Assembly: GCA_043228905.1 (NCBI GenBank)
Contig: JBHGNT010000001.1
Location: forward strand, 33,480,001-33,544,000
Reading direction: 5' to 3'
DNA from: Azolla caroliniana
Taxonomy: Eukaryota > Plantae > Polypodiophyta
DNA length: 64,000 nucleotides
Position 1 is the first letter of the stretch. Each line of letters starts with the position of its first letter. The notes beneath the pieces were generated by a model. The model searched no databases and was not told the origin of the DNA. It saw only the letters and a program-made list of their open reading frames with translations. This document shows, one piece after another, positions 52,830 through 64,000 of this stretch. The position numbers and the translations under genes are program-made.

Positions 52830-52987
52830 GTTGGGCGACCTCTGCACAACTTTTTTTTTCGCGCGTTCTTCCTTATCGAAATTCGACGATGCAGATTGCA
52901 CGCGCCTTCTCTGAGCAACCTGCACCGTCTGTGGCCGCGATTCCCTCACCAGCCCTCTTTATGATTTGTGTCATAATAGACACGTCG
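52830..52987 (-). repeat. MULE right terminal inverted repeat; subterminal GGTTGGG(C/T)GACC motifs at 52599-52840
   Basis: Reverse complement of the left TIR with scattered mismatches. Confidence 0.92.
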
Positions 52988-53072
52988 CATAGTTTATAGA
53001 CATACATACATACATACATAGTTTATAGACATACATACATACACACCTAAATAGTTTATATATACATACATA
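52988..53072. repeat. (CATA)n-GTTTATAGA minisatellite, right half of the MULE target locus
   Basis: catagtttatagacatacatacatacatacatagtttatagacatacatac. Confidence 0.85.
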
Positions 53073-56000
53073 TCAGCAGAGGCATTTGGCTTGGCTTGGC
53101 TTAGCCTAGCCCTGCCTGGCCAAATACCAACAACTAACTAACTTCCCCAAGTAAGTAAGTAGCCCGCCCATACACCCCCCCGTATTTGACCTACTAGTAC
53201 GGGAGACTATGAGTTTGTCTCATATTTGTTTGTTTGCCAATGTAGCAAGGAAGAAACTATTAAGCAAACATAAGGAGAACGCCAAACAGAAGTATGAGCC
53301 GGAGGTAATAATAGTATAACAAGTTGCATATCCAAATAGACATTTCATAGACAAAGAATCAATGTGCAAGAGATACAATCCCTTTTTTATATTACAACAA
53401 TATACATGATGATTTATCTATTGATCAACAATTAGCTACCATGCTCGATGGCTTAAGCACACATATATTGCAAGTTGGTGGAGAGAGTGATGTGGGTACC
53501 AGTTACACCATAAGAGCAAATTATTCTCTCGCTTCCGAGGGATCTGGGTGGAGAGAGTGGTTGATTGAAAGATTCATTGTTTTTGGTCCCATGGTTGTGG
53601 AGGATGATTCTCCGATGAATTCATGATATATCTCCAATTGGTGGAGATAGCCACATGTCAGATACATGCCACAAAAAAGAAGAGTTGATACAACACAAAA
53701 ATGGCATGTGTAATGATGACAAAAGGTGCATGTCACACTCATATTGGGTGGAACCAACATACACAATCCTTTACCTAATGAATGAATGCCTAACCTCTAG
53801 AGTGCACAACGTGAGTTTGCATAAACGCTTCATAGAGTAAAGCTTGATCTATCACATTTGAAAGTATTTGGCAACATCGCTCATGTACACATACTTGGAC
53901 TTGAAGTCAAATAAGTGTCCTGAAGTTTTAACAATAAGATTGGCAAGAGCAACGACATTGACCTTAACCACCTCCTATTGATGTATGCATTCTTGTAATT
54001 CCAATTAGCTCTACCATATTATGCTTAGCCTTTGTTTTCACCAATTGTTGACAATGAAGTATGTTTGAAATTTCACTTCATATAGGCTATTTGCATTACA
54101 TTTAACCCACTGGTCTTTGCCCCAATTTTTCAACATGAAAATGACAAGAAGGCTTGCATAATCATGCGAATAAGTGGCACGATGATTTGAACGAAAATGA
54201 TGGAGACAAAGTGTACTATTAGCATTTGAACAAGCAACATCACATAGATTGCCTGCAATATGTGAATTTCCCTTGAATCTTATCCATGACCCAAAAACCA
54301 ATTTGGGCATTCATATTTGGATCATTATGAGGATTAATTAGAGTTCAGAATACAACTTATAGTTGTAATGTTATTGTTCATTTGAGCTTAAATGGTAACA
54401 GATTTTTAGTTTGAAAATTTGGGCACACTTGTGTGATTTAAAAAGTGTAGGTGTATATCATATCATTTGTAAAACAATTGGGGGTATATTTGTGTTCTCC
54501 TATGACATTCGATGTTAAACAAATAACTCAAAGTATGCGGACATAAGTAACTTGAAGCACTCACGATGCTTTATAGATAATGAACATTAAATTTTCAAGT
54601 AAAAAAGGAATGGTCAACTATATCATGACCAATGAACACTGTAGGCCATATAACTCACCCACTAGGTGGACAACAGTTAGATATTGTGGAGTATGGGATC
54701 ACTTCCAAACTAAAGTTTTCATCAATGGACTCAATTTCCACTAGGAGAAAACAACTCCAAATGCTAATAAGATGGCATTATAACAAAAGCTATGGTGCAC
54801 TCTTAAAGGTTGAAAGAATTTTTATACTTCAACAATTCGAGCATTGTCTGTGATACTAAAAACACTTCATCCATTCGACAATAATATTTAGGAAGCACCT
54901 ATTGCAATATTATTACAGGATCCTCAATATTTTTGTACTTGTGGTACAATACATGGTTGTCTTTTACCGATCATTGGTCTAGGTGGTTGTGGATAAAATA
55001 CACATTCTTTGCACTGCAAAATGCACACGAATTTGCTTTATTAATTCCATGGGTCAATGATAATAACAAAAACTTTTTGTAAAGTATAACTTTAAGGGTA
55101 TACAAGGGAGGCCACTTCATCTTATATATACAAAAGGAAGTTCATGCATGATCCATACATATACTCATAATTGTGACACTATTCCATGAAATTTCCCACA
55201 AACCAATGTAGCATTTGCCAGTACCCTTGTCCTATTAAGTGCTCATGATAATAAAAAGAAATAAAAAATGAAGTGGGAATTTTCAAACAATGTGAAAATA
55301 ATTGGGCGCTAATATGGTGGATAAAGATAAGAATAAGTTGAATGTGATTAGGTGTTTATATGCTAGGTGATATTGGAACTCACATTCAGAGAGAGAGAGA
55401 GAGAGAAATTTATTAGCATCCCGGTAGATGAAACACTTGCACATAACATGTTGATTGTCGGCTCTCAATGTTCTAGACTTTTGTAGTTGAGACTTGAGAG
55501 TGCACATTGTCACTACAAGAGAAATATGTGCAAAAATATTTCTCCATTGAAAATATGGTGAAAGTGAACTCGAACACCATTGAACATGGAGCATTGTTGT
55601 TTGATACTTGATTCATAAACTTTTTGAAGGAGGAATATGCACAGTAAACGCATCTCTTCTTTCACATCCCAATTCCCATCATGTCATGTGGAAACAATGG
55701 TGTAGATAGCAAACCCTTGTTCAATGATGATCCCTGTTCAATAGGTTATACATTCTATTAAGTATATAAAGTATCTAGTCGTATTTCTTTACCATATATA
55801 CAATGGAGATCTAAAATCTCGTGTGATAGTTGTGTGTTATTGATTCTCACGGCTAGACATGGGCCACACTTTCTTTCATGACAAAAGCATGTAATGGGGG
55901 CTACCTTGTTTACTCTCTGAGAGAAGGTAGATGTTACATTACATCGAAACCTTTATTTATATAATTAGTAATTTATGAATTCTTGCTTATACACTCCACA

Positions 56001-57404
56001 TTGCCATGAGAGATGCATATTGCATGTCAAGACATAAGAAATTTGAAATATTTCAAAATTTCCATTTCAGAATATAGTTATGCTATGCATATAATTAGAG
56101 TTAGTTTATAATGACAAGAAGTTTCGTCCTCCAAATTTTTCTTGTAATTTTTGCAAGATGTTGCCTATTATTATCAAATCATGTAAAAGCAAGGGAATTC
56201 ATAAGTTAGGATGTCAAGCGAAACAAACTTGTATACACATGTAAACTAGTGCAATGGAAACAAGGAGTCATGTTAACAAATGACAAAACAATTTGGACTA
56301 GAGTATTAGCCTTAAATGGAAAGAATACAAAAAACTTGTGCAAAGATGATTCATCAAGCAAGTACGAGTAGTGAAAATTAGCATTAGGATAATAATGAAT
56401 GAAAGAAGAAGAAGAAACTTTCAAATTGGCTTTGGCTTTAGTTATAGTATGATCAAGATTCCTAGAAGGTAATTAGTAGCTTGTAAGGCAATTCAAGGAG
56501 ACAATCACATGGTCATGTGAGTCCAATAAAAAGTCAGATCCCTAATTAATAACAATAATGGCATTTATAAAAAACCCTACCTTTGATGTATAAAAAAGTT
56601 TATAAATGAAAACTAAAAGTCAACAAGTCTCACTCTTATTCATAAGAATAGGGAATAAATTAATAAGTCATGAACAAACATGTATATAACCTAATTCAAA
56701 AAATCCTAATTTTTAAAACTTCATAATAGGTGAGTAGGTGTTTTAGATATGTTGGTAGCCAAGAAAATTAAGTTGAATTACTAGTTTAATTTAGATATAA
56801 TTGAATGAGTTGGTTGAATTCTAGGCAAATATTGAGCAATCTTAAAGACCATCAAATTAGTGACTACCGAGAAGGCTTCAAGCATCAATGCATCAACAAT
56901 ATTAGATTATGAATCAAATATAATTTTGATGCTGCAAGAAGATGTAAAGCAATGGGGGTTGAGTTATGTTTTACTGTACCAGGTTGAATAATCATAAATG
57001 TTGCATCTATAACATATAGTATGTTTTCATGCTCGAAATTCATGATGAGCCACATGAGAAAATCGATATGCCAAAACCAAAGCGATGTATTGACCACAAC
57101 CACCATTGAATTGTCATATAAAACAAAAAATTCCTATGAATGTTTGCACAAAATATGAGCCATCAAAATATGAAAATCAATCATAGCAATATAATTGATC
57201 GATTAATTCGTTGGTATCCAGTAGCTCTCATGAGATAAGCTTGAATTCTCCAACCGAAGGAAGATCATGAAGAAACCTAATTCAAGTAAGAGGGGATGCA
57301 ATGGCAATTATAGTGTATTATGCATAACATTTGTAAATGAAACAGAAAAATGAGGGGAAGATTAAAACTAAAGGAAAAGAATGGAGACATGTTGAAACCT
57401 CAAT

Positions 57405-57683
57405 TTCTTCTCTTCTCTGTCTCATCAAGGGTCTATATAAGTGATGAACATATCACACGCCTTTGCCACACGAAATCCATGAAGCACATGTAGAAATGCT
57501 CCGCGATCGATCCATTCCAAGTTGTGATAGCAACACCGCGACTTAATCGGTGCGGTTAATATGCGTGTCGAAGTAGTACATTTAAGTGCCATGGGTGTCG
57601 TTTGGTAAAGCCGTGTGATATTTCCACATAATATGCACTTATAGAAACCACTTACAAGAGAGAGTAAGAGTGAGAGTGAGGAA
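57405..57683. repeat. Imperfect foldback (inverted repeat), possible old MITE
   Basis: tatcacacgcctttgccacacgaaatccatg (57451-57481) pairs with catgggtgtcgtttggtaaagccgtgtgata (57590-57620); tataagtg/cacttata and CT-rich/GA-rich outer arms. Confidence 0.6.
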
Positions 57684-57747
57684 GGATTGTATCATCATCT
57701 CTGAAGAGGCCATATATGATATATGTGTATATATATATAGATAAACA

Positions 57748-57748
57748 C

Positions 57749-57791
<43 letters not shown>
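57748..57791. repeat. (GATA)n(GA)n compound microsatellite
   Basis: Directly visible. Confidence 0.9.
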
Positions 57792-60496
57792 TCACAAAAA
57801 TGGAGTGTCAAGCACAATTCTTATAAGGGTCCATGATTTCCTTTGTACTTACACTTTCTTGCTTGTAAACATGTTTGTACTTCTTTTTCACGACATTATT
57901 TGTTGGGGTTTGTACTACAAAAACGGATGACCCCCTTCTTCATAATGTTTCATCTTCTCAAGTGCACCCCTCAAGTACTACTACTACTCATTCGGCCTTG
58001 CAAACGCTACCCTTTTAGTACAAAAAACAAATAGGAAAAAGCGTAGTACACTCTCTCTCAAAAAAAAGTGAGATCTATTATTTTATATGTACAGAGACTT
58101 GGCGTATTAAAGTCCTCCTTATGACCCTTTACATTGAAGTCAAGTCATACATACCCATAGGACCACACATATACAAGAAGATAACATTGTGCTACTTACT
58201 ACTACTAATTAGAAGTCTAATGGCTAGTGGATTCCTCCAAACAATTGTTTGCCTGGGGATAGTAATCTGTGTTTTTTTTATGCATTACCTTGTGTCCTAT
58301 CGTTAATAACTTGATTGCCCGATTGATGAAATTCCCACCTTGATGTCACCGATAATCACAACTGGACACTATTAAGTGATCTCCAAATCATCAGACACTA
58401 TAATTACTTAGACACCCATTAATTCTCGTTTACCTTGAACAAATTCCAGTCGATTCTTAATAGACATGGGTGGTTATCATCAATAATTAATTACCTCTTT
58501 ATATGGTCATGTTTTGTTGCACCGTCAAATTTTCAGTTTATGGACTTAACCCCCCCTTTAACCTTTTTGAATTCACTGATCATAAGCTTCTAATCTTGAT
58601 AATAAAAAATCTTGGTTGAATAATTGAAACTTTGGAATTGCGATTTTTGAATGTGAACATGAACAATCTAGGGGCTGATGCAACAAAAATAATATCACAA
58701 AGATGCGATGTATAGTCGTATAAGATTATAAATTATATGGGGCTTTTCAATCAGGCGTGAAAATCTTGTTGTCTTCTTTGAAATAGCTCTGTCGATTGTT
58801 TTGTACATATTTGACTGACAACAACGTAGGATAAACGCAGCAATTTCTTTACTAATAAACAAGACTCGAATAAATTGTCTCTGGAAGAAACCTCTTTGAT
58901 TAATCCTCTCTGGAACATCTGGCTTATACCACAAATAGGAAACTTTGGAAATTTTTTAGCATTAACAAGTTAAGCCAATTCTGTTAAAGGCGTCCAAATA
59001 TTGCAGAAGACAATATGAGATGTATATATTAGTGGATCTGTACTATACTAAAGACATTGTGCGTTTTTTGATGCGAGAATTGTGGGTGGGAAGATATCAG
59101 GATTGGATTTTGCACTCAAACTTGGAATATTATGTACTACTATCCAAATGTAAACAGCTAAATTAGTAAGTTGTTCGGGCATATGTTAATTAATATGACT
59201 GCTTGAGCTTTATCATGAAGGATTTCCAAGACATGCACCTTGAATTTGCAATACTGAATCTATTGCATACATTTCCTAATATTGATGCATGTGCTGATAT
59301 TGGTATATATTGAACTGGCCCTTGCAACAAGCATTATATGGCCAAATTACTGTGACAGCATAGGCTTGCTATACTGAATATATTGCATACATTTTTCCAA
59401 TACTAGTGCATGTGCTGATAGTGTAGATTAAATTGGCCCATGCAACAAGCTTTAATTGTCCAAATTTGTTTGACAACATATTGTACAATGTACATAATGT
59501 GAGGTACAACGTCCCAAACTTGTATATGTAGAAAACATTATGGATTAGTGTTGAGAGTTTGTGATCTTTAACCTTGAATTTTGTAGAATAAAATCTCTTG
59601 AAATTGCTTGATGTTGTATTCATTACAATCCTACTATTTTTGTGATGAAAATGGAACATAACCAATAGCCGAGTAATCACAATAAATTGATCCATCTTAC
59701 ATACATAGTTATCTTATGTGTAGTAAAGCTTTGATGAACAAGTTCACAGTTTGGGTGATTAGATTAGATTTTTTTGAAAGGGTCAGCCAAGGAGTGGGAG
59801 GGCATTTCATTTCAATGTTCAATAGATGAAGTGATGTATTAATATCTATCTTCATTGGTTCAGTTTTAGGATTCAATACGTATGGCATATTTCACAAACC
59901 CTCAAATTCCCAACAATAAAAAAGCTCGACCCTTCGCACATCAATTTGAAATATTAATTGCCAAATAAGTCATCTCATAGCGCATTTAGCTTTTGCATAC
60001 TTCATGAGTACTATATCTTTTTATAAACCTAGTTTTAAATCTAGTTGCCTGCTCAACTTTGCCGACATCACCAATATGATAAATATCATGAATGGCTTGC
60101 CACTTCCAAATTAAATATGTATCAACTTTATTTCAACCGATGAAAAGAGCATCAAAATGGAAAGGATTCTTCCCTCAAAACAAAAGAATCCTTTTGAGGA
60201 GCACATAATTCATTTCTGTCATAAGGTTCCAATATATTGCAACAAGAAGGCTATAGATCATTTACTCCACTCTAGGCTAAAGTATGATATAGGGTTTAAG
60301 GTTTAGGGATTCTTTGGGTTTCAGGTTTCGGTTTTAGGTTTCTAAATAGGGGGTGTGGGGTTGATACAAAACTAGGGTTTAGGATATGATGCGAGGGTGT
60401 AGAGAGGTTCTAGGATTTTGTAGAGTAGTTCTATGATGAGGAATCTAGAGCTGAGGGTTTAACACCAGTGTACAACACTTAACATTACAACTCCTA

Positions 60497-63048
60497 TCAT
60501 GTGTAGACCTTAACGGGAAGTAAAATGAACTTTTTCTCTTGAACTGTTTTGCAAGTGGGGCACTCCATCTTCTTCTTCTTGGTTTTTGCAGCCTTCCACA
60601 ACTTTTCAGCACATGTAGAGCATATGTTGGCATGGCCACAATCTTTAAAGAAGGCCCGTTCATGAACTTCTTTTCCAAACTCACCGAAACATACAGCGCA
60701 TTCAGACTTCATGCAAAAAGAATTAAGAAAACAATACAGATCAGGATAACTCAATCTCTCTAAGAAAAGGAAAGGGAATGTACCAAAATACCCATAATTT
60801 TCCTGAAATTCAAAGTGCTCCTGGTATTTTGGGTATACCAAAAATAACCCTCAGTTTCCAAAAGCTGAAGAATATTACTCAACAATTTCTCTCTTCCAAC
60901 TTTTCTTTCTCTCTTTCCCCAAAGGGAGTGAATTGGAGCGAGAGGGAGGGAGAAGGCATATTTTGATAATACCTTTGAAATAACTAAGGAAATTTTCATC
61001 AAATAAAGAGGGCAATTCGGGTACTCGGACAAATTCCCAACAAACAAAATAGTAAACTCTCCATACCTGTGCCTCTTCTTGCTTTTTCTGTGTATTAGTC
61101 TTGGCCACCGTCACTTCAACTTTGAGGGCTTCCATCTCTTGGAACTGGTTTTGAAGCAGCTCTTCCTTTTCAGCCGCGATTTTTTCCTTCAACTGTGGTG
61201 GTGGTTCCACACCACAATGCCATATTTAGAAATTTTACCTCCAAATAAATCATCCGATATAATCAAAATCCTACTGAGGGAGAAAATATATATGGCAGAT
61301 TACTAAAATTTACTTACATGGATTAGAATTTCAAACAGTAGGATCGCTATTCTTTTTTATAATAAGGGTTTTTTTTAGCTGAAATACAGATAAGGATATA
61401 GTCATTTTTCCAAAAGAGTATATGAACCATAAGTTTGCTAAAAATTTTGTGTGCCATAGGTAGCCAGAGAGAGAGCTTTGACCTAAAATAGTGTGATAAT
61501 AAAATTTGCAAGGAGGATTAAGAGATGTATACTCATGTAAGGTATCACACAGTTCCCTTCGGATTTTTTCCTGATGTTCTTTCTTGGACTTTTTCAAATA
61601 TATACACAGACACAAACACATATGTGTGTGTGTACTTCAAAAACGAGACAATTCAAAAGACCAGAAAAGTTAGTTAGCCCACACTCACCTCCACAATCTG
61701 CTCATTGTGCTGCTTCGTCAACAACAACACCTTTTCCCGAAATCTCTCTTCATGAGAAGTCAATTCTTCCTCCATCTGCAACTGCAAATCTGCATTCAGC
61801 TTCATCCTGTCCATTGCATCTATTTCCTTCTGTTCGACACGCATAATCCTGTAAAAATAAGGAAGATAAAATAAAATGGTCCTAACCATAAGAAAAGAAA
61901 AAAGTGTTCCCACTCATTGAGAAAATGCATATATATTATCAAATTAATTCATGGATTTATAACCACTTACTCCAGAGTTTCCTTTTCCATGCTGATTCCT
62001 TCCTTTAGCTTTTTAGCCGCTTCTGCACATCGTTTTAATTCATTCATCTTTTCAGCTTTGTTTTTCTCCAAGAGACCTCGAATCTCTTTTTCACGTCTCC
62101 ACAATTCTTCAAGTTTCCTTAATCGCTCTACTTCATGCTTTCCCCTCCTGTCCTCAATCTGTAACAACAACCCAGGACATGATAATCTGCAACTACATTC
62201 TCATTTAAAAAAATTGTCAGAACAATGCACAATATAAGTAGACTTGTGTTGATTCCCCTACAAGAGAATACTCAACATAGATCATACAAACCAAAACTTT
62301 CAATTATAGGTGAAATGTAAGTGAGGATGGCAACAAACTTTACAATGTCACAAAATTAACAAACTTTATTAAAATTGTCAGAACAATGCACAATATAAGT
62401 AGACTTGTGTTGATTCCCCTACAAGAGAATGCTCAACATAGATCATACAAACCAAAACTTTCAATTATAGAGAAAATGTATGTGAGGATGGCAACAAACT
62501 TTATAATGGCACAAACGGAATCATGATGACCTGGTTTATTTGGTGCAGTTTACCCAAGAATTTCTTCTTTAGTTGATTTCGGTGCAGTTTATTGTATTAT
62601 GCACCTTGTCTAATGTTTATCACTCCATTGTCTTTATCTTTTAACAAAGAGAATAAATTTTAACTTTTATTTACGAAATAAATATAGCCATTTTATGTAT
62701 CCATGTCTGTACCGGAAAAAAGAGAGTTTTTTGCCAGATAGCTACCATAAAGCTAGTTGCTATGGTAGACAAAAATGTGTACTTATTCTACCTGGTAAGA
62801 CCAATAATAAATTCAATCATATAATTATCATGTACAAATTCCATAAGAAATATGAAGTTGCATACTTGTTTTTTGTACATTGCCTCCAGCTCTTTTTCTT
62901 CCTTTCTCTGATGACGAACCTCCTCACTAACTTTCTTCAGCTCAGCCTTTGCCTTGCCAAACTCTGACTTGTTACGCTCAAGAGCACACATCCGTTGCTT
63001 CGCCTCTTCAGATAACTCCACTATCTTCCTCGTCGCCTCTTCTTTTTG
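60497..63048 (-). CDS. Coiled-coil protein with C-terminal C3HC4 RING finger (putative E3 ligase), 3' part. Exons 63048-62866, 62158-61971, 61848-61689, 61192-61067, 60706-60497; 5' end not located
   Basis: E/K/Q-rich heptad exons with consistent phases; CAVC-x16-CGH-ANI-CSTC-x16-CPTC then stop. Confidence 0.8.
62210..62513. repeat. Intronic tandem duplication, ~161-bp period
   Basis: aaaattgtcagaacaatgcacaatataagtagac...gtgaggatggcaacaaacttta twice. Confidence 0.9.
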
Positions 63049-63087
63049 CTGGATATTAGTAACAAGGCTTAGTAACAAGGCTCTCTT

Positions 63088-63091
<4 letters not shown>

Positions 63092-63154
<63 letters not shown>
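63092..63154. repeat. (CT)n microsatellite, intronic
   Basis: Long perfect CT run followed by a C run. Confidence 0.92.
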
Positions 63155-63157
<3 letters not shown>

Positions 63158-64000
63158 CCCCCCCCCTCTCTCTAGATTTAGGGTTTACCAAGTCTTAACA
63201 AGTCAAATAACTGGAAAAATTTAGAGAGAGCTTTAGTCTCAATGATTACCCGCATGATAAGGAGCAAAGCATCAGTGCCCCGTGGTATAATTCATGCAGA
63301 GATTGAAGCAACCCCTATAACCACTGAGGCATTATTCCCATCAATGACCTGTCTCCAATTGCATTGGGAGCTCCCTAAACAAAGGTATGAAGGTTGGCAC
63401 TTATGTCCTCAAAACAACTTGGTGAACATGGAGATATTCATTGTTGGTATGCTGAAATGCAAAAATGGATCGCTCCTCTTTCACTCTATTGAAGCAAATG
63501 AGGACAATCATGGATCAATAGGGACAAAAACTTTGAATGTCGCTATTCTATCTGAGAGCATTATGCAGCACTCAAGTGTTGGCAAAGTATTTCTCATGAC
63601 AGAATTCGAAATTAGGTGATAGTTATAACTTCACACTCGATATCTTCAGAAAACTTACGAGCTTGTAGGAACTCAGCCAACTCAATCTCAGACAACACAG
63701 GATAGGGTAAACATGTATTAGACCTTGGGCCTTGACACCATCTAGATATCTACAACAGGATGAAATCAAGGCCCGATTCTAGTGGCCTTGTCACCAACTT
63801 CGTCCTCCCCTTGAGCAAACAGATATGTTTAGTCAACATGTTTATAAGGATTCCATCATCTAGATCCAACCATACTCCATGATGGCCTCAACTCCCAACA
63901 TTCTAATCTATCCCATAACTCTGCCATCAATAGTTTCCTTACCACACACCATCTACATGTTACATTCCCAGGAAGATACATCATGTAAAGAGCGAAACTT

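Larger units (their letters stand above)
38720..52987 (-). mobile_element. Mutator-like DNA transposon (MULE), ~14.3 kb including the nested copia; encodes a transposase and a Ulp1-protease gene, both on the - strand
   Basis: Long imperfect TIRs, subterminal GGTCGCCCAAC motifs in inverted orientation at both ends, MULE DDE transposase, same host minisatellite on both flanks. Confidence 0.92.

Noticed and set aside
53300-60250. Genes or a classifiable transposon in this 7-kb interval
   Set aside because: Only short stop-ridden ORFs; likely decayed TE sequence, but no motif could be assigned with confidence
60290-60383. Interstitial telomere (TTTAGGG-like runs)
   Set aside because: Only a few degenerate units; such telo-box-like motifs also occur at ~51130, ~51330 and ~52650 and are common in plant DNA
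63240-64000. 125-aa + strand ORF, or an L1 endonuclease relic on the - strand
   Set aside because: No convincing domain in either orientation; needs a homology search

Overview
AT-rich land-plant nuclear DNA with intron-rich genes; the species cannot be fixed from the sequence alone. Host genes, left to right: a peptidase M50B-like membrane protein (-, last exon not found), an intronless S1 RNA-binding protein with a His10 tract (+), an IFRD1/SAT32 homologue (+), a phage-type organellar RNA polymerase RpoT (-), a flavin-containing monooxygenase of the FMO GS-OX-like group (-), and the 3' part of a coiled-coil RING protein (-). The main feature is a ~14.3 kb Mutator-like DNA transposon (38720-52987, ~158-bp TIRs) sitting in a (CATA)n minisatellite 200 bp upstream of the FMO start codon. 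Its 974-aa transposase is split by a young Ty1/copia LTR retrotransposon (41649-46978; 608-bp LTRs with 3 differences; TSD CCTTG), and the frame is restored exactly when the copia is removed. It also carries a six-exon C2H2-zinc-finger + Ulp1 protease gene with one nonsense codon. Unusual points of this MULE: (i) its left boundary has the form right-end tip / CATAG / left end, like a circle or tandem junction rather than a normal 9-11 bp TSD; (ii) the transposase N-terminus has an integrase-like HHCC motif; (iii) the subterminal GGTTGGG(C/T)GACC motif recurs as an internal 52-bp array upstream of the transposase gene. Introns and intergenic DNA carry many local 100-160 bp tandem duplications. 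Exon models were traced by hand from GT-AG sites and reading frames.
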